From: Alloascoidea hylecoeti
Taxonomy: Eukaryota
DNA: 64,000 nt
Assembly (NCBI GenBank): GCA_001600815.1
Contig: BCKZ01000012.1
Coordinates: forward strand, 372,001 to 436,000
Direction of reading: 5' to 3'
A model generated the notes under the pieces. The model was not told where the DNA came from and did no database searches. It was given only the letters and a program-made list of their open reading frames with translations. Positions within the stretch are counted from its first letter, which is position 1; every line of letters begins with the position of its first letter. This document shows positions 23,801 through 36,699 of this stretch, piece by piece. The position numbers and the translations under genes are program-made.

Positions 23801-24705
23801 ATCATCCACGTTCATATTCGCGTTTCTTACCCGGGTTTTCTAGTCATACTTCTGGAAGGCAAGATGTTTCAACAATAGATTCATCCCCAGATGATGCAGA
23901 AACAAGCAGTAAAACTCAATCAGTTGGTAACTCTTCTAAGCATAGCCAAGTAAATTCATTACAACTAAGTGATTATATGGATGATGATATAGCTGCTCTA
24001 CAGCCAACTTTTCCAGTGTCGTCGGAATCTAGTGAGGGTAGACCTACCACTGGCGAACCATCTGATTCATTACATATTTCGTCTACCCCGAAGAACAAAT
24101 CTCGTTTGACTAACCAAGCTAGTACCAGTAGCAACTCATTATTTTTTAAAAAAAGTTTTTTTTCATTTTCAAAGGAATCAAAGGATCCCAAACATAAAGA
24201 GAAGGAAAAAGGAAAAGATAAACATAAAAAGACTAATTCAGTTGATATTGATACATCTAAAAATACGAATGAAAATTTGAAAGATCAAGACGATCATCCA
24301 TCAGTTAGTGATTCAGAGGATACATCAGATAATCATACTAATGATCATGAATCGGAGCATGAGAATGATACAAAAAAGAATTCCATGTTTCAAAAGGGTG
24401 TGATAAAGTCGCTAAGTTTATCTAAAAAAGGGAGCAATTCTAAATTTAAAGTTCGTAAGATCAGCATTTTCAGAAAGAATGGATCTAAAGATGAAATGAT
24501 TGATGAAGATGAGAAGGCCGAAAAAGAAGTTGAGAAGGTCGAAAAAGAAGTTGGAAAGGGAGGAGAAAAGGACGGTGAAGAATTGGATAAGCATGTTGCT
24601 CAGAAAAGCCCAGAATCTGACCATGATGATGAAGGAACTCCAAAAAGAACAGCCAGTACCCAAAGTGGTAAAAGTAATTTAACAAAAGATAGTAGAAACA
24701 GTTAA
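20893..24705 (+). CDS. N-terminal TM + fibronectin type III + coiled-coil protein with long Ser/Asn-rich tail (Yel043w/Gta1-like)
   Basis: Hydrophobic N-terminus; FN3 pattern ITLQW..Y.IWLNG..ISGLVPDTKYVLEM; heptad-rich region; low-complexity C-terminus. Confidence 0.7.
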   Translation: MMLVAVITCITGLIWLIFRLSGLLRTPVPALIKELGLDRIDKVQLCLNKVISDKITLQWSTPRTSIHRYLIWLNGDFIGLVDGSETGTSISGLVPDTKYVLEMAALSSSGLASQKSRLLVHTPTKNMTILSAGITRIRSNSNLRINNTPANMTLKDQSEIDELRYNLECSQQELRDIRAQQEQVEENFSNERQILMNERDELRKSKKAEDDNRQSTKQETKVLEESRRLNEARKAKTDALKAAKEESIERMKKDITAWTENMEKAKLRIKELAKLENDYNTESKEKAEILKADISDLQKRISQIDDSNRNLSYHRKKLEAVKTKVLEILNLIIKNTDIQSALTPVTYITQINSIENELLDHLPKDWLTSIISEIMTDNQLEDEWQTTQKAEGSHCFQANEQYNLAITEYHEIHQKYGNLYSKIKDEIGTSRDMARQTMASLGNPRHSPSSSSSHGNNLYPSFSRPRTDSLPQSFGLRHAPFHSSSQQFINSSTQSLNISPYPPSVGLRTGTAGSGYSPAQPSPNLNHQASINSLYSGISPSSQHNLLKTNSGGEIPVDMLLPSDLITEEIENIDQFSPFFHADSSNQISNSGTFHNSSVNNHGFNYTPSIISSHNGPFNPESMIPSLGVGYGRPDSITNNVSIGDTSSSNLRSSFDRDPFGDMLNNSTNLRSRENSRGGSFDDPTNTNSDIISSPDPLLSTFESTGVTNSELTPPPVRRFSTMFGFPRRGPRNHSNVNNTNVNDETNNKTNRITGSRFLFARRNNNTNHNDNNTNNERYLGDINITPSVSNHLDHLSTFNPNIIGTSDPANLNTRNRSSSYSSAYSTNSTSFAIGMQPYNPSSSSIWNHSTRGSSSLNHHGSLNGNGIENEDGNKNKNKTETETETETENENGGENRNTNGNKSRLFHSPRSFNGLYANDRVDWQYNEHVTPDNSVPASSIVGLQMPTNSNVIDEYTKIQQTAPTPQVNNHPRSYSRFLPGFSSHTSGRQDVSTIDSSPDDAETSSKTQSVGNSSKHSQVNSLQLSDYMDDDIAALQPTFPVSSESSEGRPTTGEPSDSLHISSTPKNKSRLTNQASTSSNSLFFKKSFFSFSKESKDPKHKEKEKGKDKHKKTNSVDIDTSKNTNENLKDQDDHPSVSDSEDTSDNHTNDHESEHENDTKKNSMFQKGVIKSLSLSKKGSNSKFKVRKISIFRKNGSKDEMIDEDEKAEKEVEKVEKEVGKGGEKDGEELDKHVAQKSPESDHDDEGTPKRTASTQSGKSNLTKDSRNS

Positions 24706-25289
24706 TTCTATATCAAGAGCAACGTTATAGAGATTTCGAAAAGTTCATAAATAATATTATATTTCGAGGAGTCAAGAAGAAAAGGTAAATGCTAATCATA
24801 TAAACAGCATTTAATCCTTAGCATATACATATAGGTATTACACATAGCATAGAATACCAGCACAAGATATATAATGGCATAATAATGCATTCGAAGCTCT
24901 TTGAAAGAATTAAGTAAGGGTAGGCAAAGCCAAAATGCTCAATGAAAGCCAGTAGTTGGCGATGACATGGAAAGAGGAAACCATATCAAAAACAGGGTAA
25001 AAAAAGAAGAGTAAATAAACTACCTTTAGACTGAAACAAGGGTACTGGTATAAATATGTCAGGAGAATGTATTGTGATAAGTAGTTTTATCTACAGAATA
25101 ATTAGTGAATTCCATTTTTTGGTATAGTTGTTTATGATTGACCAACTATCACGACCAAAAAAAAAAAATATCGTAGAAAATTACAAGTAATTAAAACAAG
25201 ACAAATATAGAACTCTAGATTCCAATTATATTACAAACATTATAAGGATCACAAAAATAAATTATAAACTAACTTAAAAAAAAAAACAT

Positions 25290-27914
25290 TTACTTTCGAA
25301 TCAAATATTTCATAAATGAGCGCTTCAAACTTCTCTTCACGCTTAACTTCTGTGTCCCAATGAATGATTCGACCGAAACGGTTATCGCTTTATCGATGTC
25401 AGAACTATTAACAAATTCGCTGAGTCTCATCTTGGCGAATGCTTCACTTATACGCAGGATCGACTCCAAATGTCTAACAGTAATAGGAAAAGAACCAGTC
25501 AATTTACTTTCACGCCGTAAATCAGCATAAACTCTAGATATTTTGTCTGTATCCATATTGTGAAGTTTTGGAGACACTTTGGAGCGTGCATAAGCAATAT
25601 ATTTGACTAGCACATCTTGTGATATTGGGGAAATTTCTCTCTCTTTACGAAGTTGAGTTTGTTTATGTGTATTTGGTCCTACACTATTAGTAGGTCTCGT
25701 TGGAGTATCAGTATTCATATCTTCATCTGCATCTTGAGCATATTCACCTTCAGGCTGATCTCCTAAAGGATGAGATCTTGTATGACTATCAACAACAAAC
25801 TTTGCCAAACGTTCATCGTCATCCGGATTGACGATATCTCTTACGACACATAAAATGTCGAAACGTGATAAAATTGGTTCAGTTAAATCAACATTTTGTG
25901 ACAAAGGAATAGAGGAATTATATCTTCCACCGTTTGGATTAGCAGCAGCCATAATAGCACATCTTGCTTGCAAACTAGTAACAATACCTGCCTTTGAAAT
26001 TGAAATTGATTGTTGCTCCATAGCTTCATGAATGGATGTTCTATCTTGGTCATTCATTTTATCAAACTCATCAATGATACAAGTACCTTTATCGGCTAAG
26101 ACTAAAGCACCACCTTCTAGTGTCCATTCTCGAGTTATCGGATCTTTACGAACTGAAGCAGTTAAACCAACTGCGGAAGCTCCTTGACCAGTAGCGAATA
26201 CAGCTCTTTGTGCAGTTTTTTCAACGTATTTCAAAACTTGAGATTTCGCTGTACCAGGATCACCCAATAACAAAACATTAATATCACCTCTAATAGATAA
26301 TTTACCATTGACATCCTTTGGGACCCCACCAAATAAGGAACAAGCAATAGCGGTTTTAATATCTCGATGACCATAAATAGAGGGGGCCATGGAATCTATG
26401 ATCTTAGAAATAATGTTTTTATCTTTACTCATTAAGCGGAATTCGCGTTCATCTTCTTCGGTCCATGCAAATCCTTCACCAGATCTACCTTCTCTTCTCC
26501 TGACAGCATTAGCTTCAATAACTGTAGAAAAAACTGGAAACCCATTCTTGGAATTTAGACCAACATCGTATGTGTTTTTGTATATACCAGTGATTTCAAT
26601 TTCTTCTCCAGGTTTAGCGATATCAATGAGATCCCATAGTAAAATAACCTCGCGATGCCTTGGTATACGACCGGCTGCAACAGTACCAGGTGCCTCTTGT
26701 AAAGTGATACGTTGATAATTTCTATAGACTGTTTTTTCTGTGTTTAATCGGAAAGGACCTCTTGACTGACATTGATGACAGAATGAAACCGAAACTTCTG
26801 TATTGGAATCTTGAAAAAATGGCCCCAAAACTGTACCACATTTCAAACAATCAAATTTAACATATTTCAATTGTGGGAATACGCCCGTTCTTCTTGTAAC
26901 AACACCAGAAACTTTAATCAGAGAGTTTAAGTGACCTTCTCGCAAATCTCTTAGAGATAAAGAAGTTGGCAAATCTGTAATTCTAACATGTACCTCGGAA
27001 TGTATTCTTGAATAATCTGGATAGTGTAGTTCTGTAGCTTCCATAGCGATAACATCAAAAATCTTCAACATTTCAGCTGGGCATGTTGATAAAAATAGTG
27101 CTAAAATGGCTTTAGATTCTACCAAATGCATATAACTAACCTCTAGAGACTCGCTATTGACTTCACCAAGAGTTCTAATTCTCCCACCATATACAGATCT
27201 GCCGTTTTCATCCGTAAATTCTAATATAAAACTTTTCAATTCTCTTGCAATGGTTCGTGTGACAGCAGGTTGTGTAATCCACTCAGAAATAGATGAAGCC
27301 TTGACATCAGCCAAAGATTCCAAAGTCAATTCCTCTTGTAAAGGGTTGACTTCGTCATTATCGCCATCCATAAAAGTATCCATATCATCATATTGATGTC
27401 GTCTACGACGCTGTGTTGGTAAACGGTATGCATCTTCACCATCATCTTCATCCAAAAAGGCATCTGGAAGACCACGTCGCGCCCTTAGAGCATTATCACG
27501 ACGGTTTAGTCTAGCATCAACTTTCCTCCTGGAAGCAGCATCCAATGCTTCATATTCCTCATCGTCGATATCCCCTTCACCAACATCGTAAGTATCTTGT
27601 TCGGGTAAACCTCGGTAATCTCTTCAAAATAAGTTAGAATCAAAATCTTTCAATAAAAAATAAACAAAATATATTCATATATACCTTTCCATATTATCAC
27701 CAAATAAGTCTACTTCATTTTCAGCTTCTTCGGCGAGATCATCAAGATCATCAATATCATTATCGAGTTCCCGATCATCTTCTTCAAATGGCCTTGGAGG
27801 GGGTGAAGAAGGTGGTAATGAGGAGGGGGGACCAGAAGCTGGGGATGAAGGAGCATCTTCGTAGCCATCGTAATTATCCGGAGCAGATCTCTTTCTTGAA
27901 GTCGAGTCAGACAT
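25290..27914 (-). CDS. MCM2: DNA replication licensing factor Mcm2; exons 27685-27914, 25290-27621
   Basis: VTRRTGVFPQLKYVKFDC, LLGDPGTAKSQ, IDEFDKM, LSRFD, ITVRHLES; intron 27622-27684 GTATAT..TTCTAAC..AAG. Confidence 0.98.
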
Positions 27915-27971
27915 TATTAAATGTGTTGGGTTGGAATGAAACGAGTTGAAAAAAATGGGAGTAAAACACGA

Positions 27972-28094
27972 ACGCGTCTTGACTTTTTTTATTGTATTTT
28001 TCACCAAAATTCGCCAGATCCGTGATTTGGGGATTACCCGGAATCAGTGGCATACTCTGAAATAAAAAGTTGACAAAAAGTCTGAAATACGCGT
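27972..28094. promoter_or_regulatory. Divergent MCM2/UBR7 promoter with two MCB boxes and a Reb1-like site
   Basis: ACGCGT at 27972 and 28089; TTACCCGG at 28034. Confidence 0.6.
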
Positions 28095-28129
28095 AACAGA
28101 TATACCATCCAAAAGTCAGAACACGAGAA

Positions 28130-29627
28130 ATGACCACGAATACTTCTCCTACACACAATATCTCCACAGATACTACAAGCATAGACACACCTGATTTGAG
28201 GGTCCAATCGGATATTGAATCTGTAACCACAGCTGCTGATTATATTGAGAGACAAAGCCAACTGTAAGATATTAAAAGAAGATAAGTTTGATATTGTTAT
28301 AGATCCTCTTTACTAACTTGATTTGCAAATCTTCAGAGAAAGAGATGCTATAGAAATTATGCCATATGATCCTGATCATTGTAGTTTTGATATAGGCTCC
28401 GTTCGTCAGAGAATATATGCGGATCTAGACGCGAAAGATGCAAATGGTCATCCTGTCGGTATTTGCTACTCTTGCAGCATCAAGTGTCATCCTTCTCATA
28501 ACCTTGTAGAGTTGTTTACCAAAAGAAATTTTGCATGCGATTGTGGTACAACACGGATGAAATGCAATGGTGCCTGTAGTATAAGGTCAAAGGAAAGTGG
28601 TGTCGATTTGGATATCCCATGTTCAACAAATAGGTATTGTCATAATTTTGAAGGCAAGTTTTGTTCTTGTAATTCAGGGTATGATCCAGAATCAGAAACA
28701 AGTAAGATGCATCAGTGCCTACTGGGAGATGCTTGTAATGAAGATTGGTATCATGAAGAATGTATCTTGGGACTACAAAAAGGTTCAGGGAAACATCTAG
28801 GGACTAAGATTTTCGATGGGGAGGATGACGATTCTGATGATGAAGAAGATGATAGAATCGAGGGAATTCCTGCTGTTATTAATTACTCCAATTTCATATG
28901 TTGGAAGTGTGTACAGAAGCATAGACATGTATTGGGAACTTGGAGTAATTGGAAAGGTGTTGCACTTCCTGCTATTATTCATGTTGAAAACAAAACACTA
29001 GAAGAAAGATGGAAGTTTGTAAAACAATTTGAAAAGATACTTCCAAGCAAACCATTCGAAACAGCACGTTTAATGTCATATGATCATGAAGACATAGATC
29101 GCCCACGGAAAAGAATAAAACTAGAAGATATAAAGGAAGAAGAGGAAGATGTCGAACTAATACCATCTACACCCCAAGAAGAAATTACATCTAAAACACA
29201 TTCTCTTGTACCCACAACACCAACTCCCAGTTTTCAATTTTCATTATTTCTAGCTGTAGGTTTTAGGGAAAAGTTATATGAAATACGAAATTTGATTTCA
29301 GATAAGAAAAATAGATCAATTGCAGAGACGGATTTCTTAGCATTTATCACTGAATTTCCCTTTATGATTGAAGACGAACCGATTTATGAACCCCCAGAAG
29401 ATGAAGATACATCTTCCACATTTGACGCTGGTTTGGAAGCCTTAAACTCGTTACCTAGAGCACAGGCACTGGAAGGATTATATGCGTACAATATAGTAAA
29501 GGACCGCCTAAGTAACTTTCTACGCCCTTTTGCTGAGCAAGGCAAGATAGTTACAACCGAAGAAGTTGAAAAGTTCTTTACTGAAGTTAAAGAGGAACAA
29601 CAAAAGGCAGGAACTACCGAAATTTAG
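28130..29627 (+). CDS. UBR-box/PHD protein (UBR7/Mlo2-like); exons 28130-28263, 28337-29627
   Basis: CYSCSIKCH..H.LVELFTKRNFACDCGT, HNFEGKFCSC, QCLLG..CNEDWYHEEC; intron GTAAGA..TACTAAC..CAG. Confidence 0.9.
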
Positions 29628-30384
29628 ATTATGATTTCCTGTTTCATAACTTGATGAGGTTTAATACACTAATGGAGTTGGCTAATTTCATATAATATCA
29701 AAATATATATCATAGATATTCGAGCTTGGAAGTTTATAAATAATTTTTAAAAGAATTGTGGAAAATTATTAATCATGCCTGTTTTGCTCGTACATCAGAA
29801 CGCGACAAGTAAATTGAAGTAATCTCAAACAATTGCAATTGGAATTGCAAGTCATCAAATACTCTATAGCATACTTTCATGTTTGTTTAAAATGTCTTTT
29901 TTTTAATTCCTATTAAAAACCGTGTATACATTTGCATGGTATAGAGTTCGTGTGCTATATATATAGCTATTTTTAAACCTTTCGATTAGCCCAAGGAGAC
30001 TAAACCTGGGTTATTATGAGCTTGAGCCTGTGTGAAATTATGTTCAGTGACTAAAGTCTGATAATTAAAATAGAACAAAGGTTTGATTCCCGGAAGTTTG
30101 TTGCAATACTCCCGTTACACCCGGTTTCGGTGTGTTTACTTTCTATGAGGCTGGCAGCTTTAATTTCTACCCGCAGATCAAGCAAAAATCCAGTTTACTG
30201 CTAAAATATCCTTAAGTTTAGTCTTTATTTGTTACAATTGTTCGTTGTATACTCTGTTGCTGCAAAAACATCAGCTGAAATCTTTCCTGGACGCAATATT
30301 AATTATATAAGATTGCTATTATAAATACAAAAGTACTACACTTCTGCTGTTAACTTATTTTCATTTCTTACAAGTTTCTATTCT

Positions 30385-33124
30385 ATGATGAGCATAGATA
30401 CAGCCACTGACGATGGTGTCAGCGATTTTTTAAAGAGAATCAAAGAGCTAGATGCCAAGAAGTATGTTAGTACTATCTTATTAACTATATTCAATATACT
30501 AATTATGTTTACTGTGTCTAGAAACGCAGAAGATGAGTTACGAACAAGACAACTAGAAGAACAAATCGCCGCGGGTCGAAGAAGAAGAAGGGCTCTGAGA
30601 GAAGGTATGTGTACTTCTACATTCTAATGCCATCATATTTAATAGTAATAAGCTATTAATATACAATTAACGTATCTTAGATAGAGCACGGTCTATATCC
30701 CCTGAAAAAAAGTTCTCAAGATCAAATTTAAAATCCATAACCACTTCCAATTCTCCTCTACCAACACCTCCTCTCAAACCTGCAAATTTAACATATGTTA
30801 AAAATAATTCTACTACAAGCTCTACACTAGGTGAAGAAAGATCAATATCCTCATATTTTCACGAAATTTCTGTATTAGATAAAGACAAGAATACTCAACG
30901 ACAGTCATCTGTAAATACTGACTTCAGTTCTGGAACGGCATCGTCAAATTCCAGTTATGGATCTAGATCTTCTTTTTCAACAAGTGATAAAAATTTAGAT
31001 TCTATCACAACTACTCCTAATAACAATAAATCTATAAAGTCTACTAATATATTAGGAGATGTTGACTTGGTATCCGATGATAGCAATACTGTTACCACAA
31101 AAAACAAATTAGAAAATATCAATAAAACTATTGAAAATTTGATGGGTACACCTAAAACACTTTCTTTAGAAACCATTCCAGTAACGCAGACTCAACCAAG
31201 GTCTTTTAAAGAAGTATCTAAGCGTGTCACTTCAGGTAGTTTGTCGGGTAATAAAATCGAGGACAATATTTCTTCGGCAAAGGTGAATCGAAAGAGCAGT
31301 GATAATTCCCGAAAGTCTAACAATATAGCTTCTTCACATCTCGGACGAAAACAGACTCAACAACCACCACAACAAGTAGAATCAACTCCTAAGAAAATTG
31401 ATACCCCCACCATAAAAAAATCAGAACGTTTACATACTTTGAGGACGACAGTACCATCCAATAATTTCATTTCACCTTCTAGAATCACATATTCAACAAG
31501 CACATTCCGAAACAATAATTCCAGTGATGCTTCTACACGCCCGACTGGACCTGTTTATGGGTTAAATAGAAACTTCCCTAATAAACCCGAACTAGAGAAT
31601 ATTAATAATGATAAAGAAAATGCAGAAAACAAATTCGTTAGTTCTGATCTAGAACAAAAATTAAAATATCAAATTCCAGTAAGGCAGTCATCAGAATTCA
31701 ATTCACAGTCTAATCTCGATAGGTCAGATCCAGTAAATAATATTAGAGTCAGTCCAATAGTTTCGGCTAACCGATCTCGAGGTAATAGTGGTAGCTCTGG
31801 TAATGGATTGTCATATTCATCTCCACTTACTCGATCACCTCCACGTCCGAAAAGCCCAGAACGGCCAAGCTTTATTCAAAGTGCAATGAAGAAAAATAGT
31901 GGTAGTACTTTTCAACCTCTCATAAATAGAATTGGAGAGATCAAAGCACCAAGTCCTGATCGATTATCTATGAGCACAATTGGTAAAACTGGCACACCTC
32001 CTCTATTACGACAATCCTTTTCAACCTTGGGTGAGAAAAAGTTAGATGCAGGCAAGGAGAGTCCTGCAGCTGGATCTGGATTAATGCGCCAGTCATTTTC
32101 TACATTAGGCGAAAAAGAACCAATTTTCAAAGAAGAGCAAAGAGACACATCGGTTTTACGTAATACTCAGGGTGATAAGAATGTTACAATTATAACCGAA
32201 CAAAGAAATTCAATGTCTAACTCATTTTCAAATTACTCTTCTCCGTCAACTACAGGATCATCAACAGATTTTATTCGTTCAGATTCCAGGAGGTGGAGTC
32301 CTACCAAACAAACTTCTTGGCTTGAAAGTGCTCTTAAACGATCTCCTACATCCAATAGTGCGTCGAAACTTAATAGATTTAACTCGACTGGCAATTCTCC
32401 CGTTGGATTGAATAATCTAAGCTCTTCAATGGGTTCTAATAAAGGATTGGGTAAGTTAGATGAGAGTACAACATTAGATAACAATGATAGATTTGGTAGA
32501 AGTCTAAGTTCGTTGCCATATAGGTCAAAATTTGGTAACAGCATTAAAGCACTAAGTTCTCTCGAACTATCTTCACCTAATAATAATATCAAACCGAAAC
32601 CATCATTAGAAAGTATAAAATTAAAGAAGCCGGTAATACCTCCTAAACCTTCATTTTATTCTAGTATGAATAATACAGTGGATGCCCTCCCAATATTACC
32701 AACAAGAAAACTACAAAGGGAGACATCAAGGACAAAGACAACAACTAGCACAAATAATAATCGTATGCAAGCAGTTAAATTACCATTTGCCCCACAGATT
32801 GAGAAGGAATTAGAAGCCCAAAGGTTCTCAATCCCTGAAAAATCTTCTGAGCCAACACTTACTCATATGAATAAATCTAGAGCTAGAGGGCCAAAAAGGC
32901 GACTGCCTTCTTCCATACAAGGAACTGGTGCCAGTACCAAAATTCTAAACTCTTTTGAACCCTCATTTTCCAAAAAAGAAATCAAGTCAAAACCATCATT
33001 GGAAAGTGTGGTATTGAAAAAGCCAATACTACCTCCAAAACCAATGCTACCACCTAAACCATCTTTATATTATGGATCCAACCATTCATCATTTGATCAT
33101 TCAGTGAGAAGACAATTCAGTTAA
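30385..33124 (+). CDS. DUF4045/Bsp1-like Ser/Pro-rich cytoskeletal adaptor; exons 30385-30461, 30522-30604, 30681-33124
   Basis: VSDFLKRIKEL..EDELRTRQLEEQI..RARSISPE; RWSPTKQTSWLESAL; capping-protein-interaction-like motif LTHMNKSRARGPKRRLP; PPKP motifs. Confidence 0.7.
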
Positions 33125-33578
33125 AGATGAGTAAAAATAGAGCTGCAGCTGATATCTACGATTCTTCTAATTTCGTTTTATGTAGGCTTATATCGGGTTT
33201 TATGTAGTATTTATATTAAGAAGTTTTTATTGTGAGTCTTCTAATTCCATATGCATATGTATAGTTAATAGATATATAATATATGATATAATTAAGTAAG
33301 TGATATATATTAATGCTTTCGATGCAATGTGATGCAAACGGCTGAATATTGTTCCAATGTTACCCGGACCTTTACTTGCATCGTATAATAATTTATCACT
33401 ATTTATAGTAACTGCGATTTTTTAAAAAAATATATTTTTCCAGTATAACTTTCCCTAGTTGGTGTACTTGCTGAATCAGCTTGCTGCACACTTTGTCCTT
33501 GAAAGATACGGTCGTTATTACCTTTTTCCCGAAATCTGTCTGGTCATTGATATATTGTTGTTGTTGTTCCTTGCATCC

Positions 33579-35099
33579 ATGAGTTTACCCTATTCATCAT
33601 CATTTGTGGGTTATCCTGAGCCAAGGTATGTATTTTGCATTGAACTATTTAATAATTATAAAACGATGTGTTTGATTATTACGAGCGATTTAACTGCATA
33701 TGTTTATGAAAACAATTGCAAGTGTGTATGAAACATTACTGTTGCATACCCGATATCGTCATGGATAAAGCCAGCCAACATATTTACTAACTAAAAGTTT
33801 TTTTAAAATAGAAAACCAAAGAGTTCTAAAAAGTCCATAAGACGAAAAGTTTTGGTCTCACTGGTGTTATTAGGATTCAATATATGTGCCTTATTTTTTT
33901 GGACAGAATATAATACTTTACAATTGAAATTATCTGATAAAGGTTACATTCCTGATTTTGAGCCCACTACAAATATTGACTTTTATGATTTAAATGATTT
34001 CCAAGGTACGGCCGATGGATGGAATAAGAATGAAAAGATATTATTTTGTGTACCCCTTAGAGATGCTGCTGCTCATTTACCAATGTTTTTTGATCATATG
34101 AAGGCTTTAACATATCCTCATAATCTTATCGATTTAGCTTTTTTAACTTCAGATTCAAAGGATGATACTATGGGACATTTAATTAATCATCTAAAAGAAA
34201 TTCAAGTAGACCCCGATCCTTCACAACGGTTTGGTCGTATAGAGATTTTTGAAAAAGATTTTGGAGCAATAGTGGGGCAATCTTTCTCTGATAGACATGG
34301 ATTTTCAGCACAAGGACCCCGAAGAAAATTAATGGCTAGAGCTAGAAATTGGCTATGGTCGGTTGCTTTGAGACCAGATCACGCTTGGGTATATTGGAGA
34401 GATGCTGATGTTGAAAATATTCCCCCGACAATTTTAGAGGATCTAATGCATCATGATAAGGATGTTATCGTCCCGAATGTATGGCGTCCCTTACCAGAGT
34501 GGTTAGGAAATCAGCAACCATACGACTTAAATTCGTGGCAGGAAAGTGAAGGGGGTTTAGCGTTGGCAACCACACTTGAAGAAGATGCGGTTATTGTTGA
34601 AGGGTATCCTGAATACAATACATGGAGACCCCATCTGGCATTCCTACGTGACCCATATGGTGATCCTGAAACAGAGGTTGAATTAGATGGGATTGGAGGG
34701 GTCTCAATCATGGCAAAGGCAACTACTTTTAGAAGAGGTGTTCACTTTCCAGCATTTTCGTTTGAGAAGCATGCTGAAACTGAAGCGTTTGGTAAAATGG
34801 CAAAGCGAATGAAGCTTTCAGTTGTTGGGTTACCCCATTATACAATATGGCATATATATGAACCATCTTCAGATGATTTGAAGCACATGGCATGGATGGC
34901 AGAAGAAGAAGAACGAAGGAGACAGGAAGAGAAGGATCTTGCAATATATCAAAAATCTTGGAGTAAAGGATTCAAAGATGTTATTGATGAATGGAGTGTT
35001 GAACGTCACAATTATATGAAGGGCAGTGATATTACGGGGCGTAAGAAAAAAATCCTATTTGATTGGTCTGATGTGGATAAAGAAGTTGGAGAAGTTTGA
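33579..35099 (+). CDS. VAN1: Mannan polymerase I subunit (Anp1/Van1/Mnn9 family); exons 33579-33625, 33812-35099
   Basis: HGFSAQGPRRKLMARARNWL, YWRDADVE, QPYDLNSW, HAETEAFGKM, WHIYEPS..DLKHMAWMA. Confidence 0.92.
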
Positions 35100-35373
35100 T
35101 TTTGTAGTTTGGTGCTAACGTGCTGCATTGACGTTAATACTCTACTTGGTCAACTGGGACTCATTATAAGTATATTCGACTATGAAACGGATAAGCGTTT
35201 TTTTTTTTTTTACTTATATTTTAAAATTTAAAACAATTTTTGTATAGTGGTTAATAAGCTTAAGGACATTTTTAATATAGATATTCATATGAACTGATGA
35301 TTTATGTATGGATGTTAGGATCTAAAAAATATATGGAATTACATAACACCTTCCTTCAGTACTAATTTTTAAA

Positions 35374-36387
35374 ATGTCTTTGAAGGTTCCTAAACAAGTG
35401 AAGGCGGTATTTGATTTTTTCCCTTTGGTGAAATATGATATAAATGATTCTAATCAAGGTATAACTTCCGAAAAAGAGGAGAAAACAATTCCTAGTTATA
35501 TCATTTATTCATCTTCTCTTCATAAAGTTGATCATACAGAAATATCAAACGATCCTATAGCTTTAAGATATCAATGTTTATTACATTTAAATGGTCAATC
35601 AGATATTACAAAATTAGTTAATGTTTCTCATCATGCTGCTCCTAATTGTGAATTACCTTTTCTCGTTATTTTAAATGATCCAAATCCTAATCCAACAAAT
35701 CCTAATTACAAACCAAGATCATCAGATAAAAGAAAATTGTACAATTCAGATATTATACTCGATAAGTTATTATCCTCTTTTAATATTACTCTAAATTTTG
35801 ATGAGAAGATTTATTTAAATATGATTGATGTCGCAATTGGTGACTATTGGATTACTTCTCTGCTGTCAAGTAATGAAACTGTAACAAAATTGAGACAAGA
35901 AACATTATATCCTATCTTTCGAGAAATGAAGGATGAAAGTCTGGAAAGAACAAATAATTTACAAAATAAATTAGTGGATGGATCAGTTTTAAGGTATCTA
36001 AGTGAATTGAAAGGATTTCAAGTACGACACCCTCGATTAGCTACACATTTGGGAGATAATGGAATAGGATTTGGAATGAGTGATTACCAAAAATTAAAGA
36101 TTTATAATAAAATTACTCGATTTGATGAAACCAGGGAAATAGAAGAAATAAATAATCGAGCCGTTGATTGTCTTAAAGCTTTAGAGGTTGTTATAAAAGA
36201 TAATAAGTTGTCTGGATATAAGTGGTTTGCACAAGGTGATAGTCCAGGTATTGTTGATATAGCGATATTTGGATATATCTATCTTATAAATAGGTTCTTG
36301 ATGACGGAATCAATTGGTGNGATTATTCTTAGACATAAAGAATTGATTGAGCACTCCAATGAAGTTTTCCGTTTTATTTTCTACTAG
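35374..36387 (+). CDS. SAM35: Metaxin-like SAM complex subunit
   Basis: N-terminal VPKQVKAVFDFFPL, SHHAAPNCELPFL, GST-C-like PGIVDIAIFGY. Confidence 0.75.
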   Translation: MSLKVPKQVKAVFDFFPLVKYDINDSNQGITSEKEEKTIPSYIIYSSSLHKVDHTEISNDPIALRYQCLLHLNGQSDITKLVNVSHHAAPNCELPFLVILNDPNPNPTNPNYKPRSSDKRKLYNSDIILDKLLSSFNITLNFDEKIYLNMIDVAIGDYWITSLLSSNETVTKLRQETLYPIFREMKDESLERTNNLQNKLVDGSVLRYLSELKGFQVRHPRLATHLGDNGIGFGMSDYQKLKIYNKITRFDETREIEEINNRAVDCLKALEVVIKDNKLSGYKWFAQGDSPGIVDIAIFGYIYLINRFLMTESIGXIILRHKELIEHSNEVFRFIFY

Positions 36388-36699
36388 GCTATGCTATATC
36401 GCCTCTTGAAATTTTTGTTACAATTGTATATATCGAATTTAAACCAATTTTTTTTTTCTTCTTTTGATGCATCCACCATGTACCATTATAATATTATGTA
36501 TATATTCTATAGCTCAAATTCAAGAGCATATCTTATATATCCTATAAGTTTATAATATTTACTTGTTGATCTTCACAATATCAATATNTTTCACTAAAAT
36601 TGATATGATATAATTAGGCTCATATATCTATAGCTAGTTTCATTGATTGATGAGATTAATATGCGATATGCATTTCTGTTTTATATTCTCTTTAAGACA

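Noticed and set aside
33680..33698. TACGAGCGATTTAACTGCA in the VAN1 intron, close to the complement of a conserved 18S segment (snR47/U36 target region)
   Set aside because: Two central mismatches and no CTGA box D at the required position.
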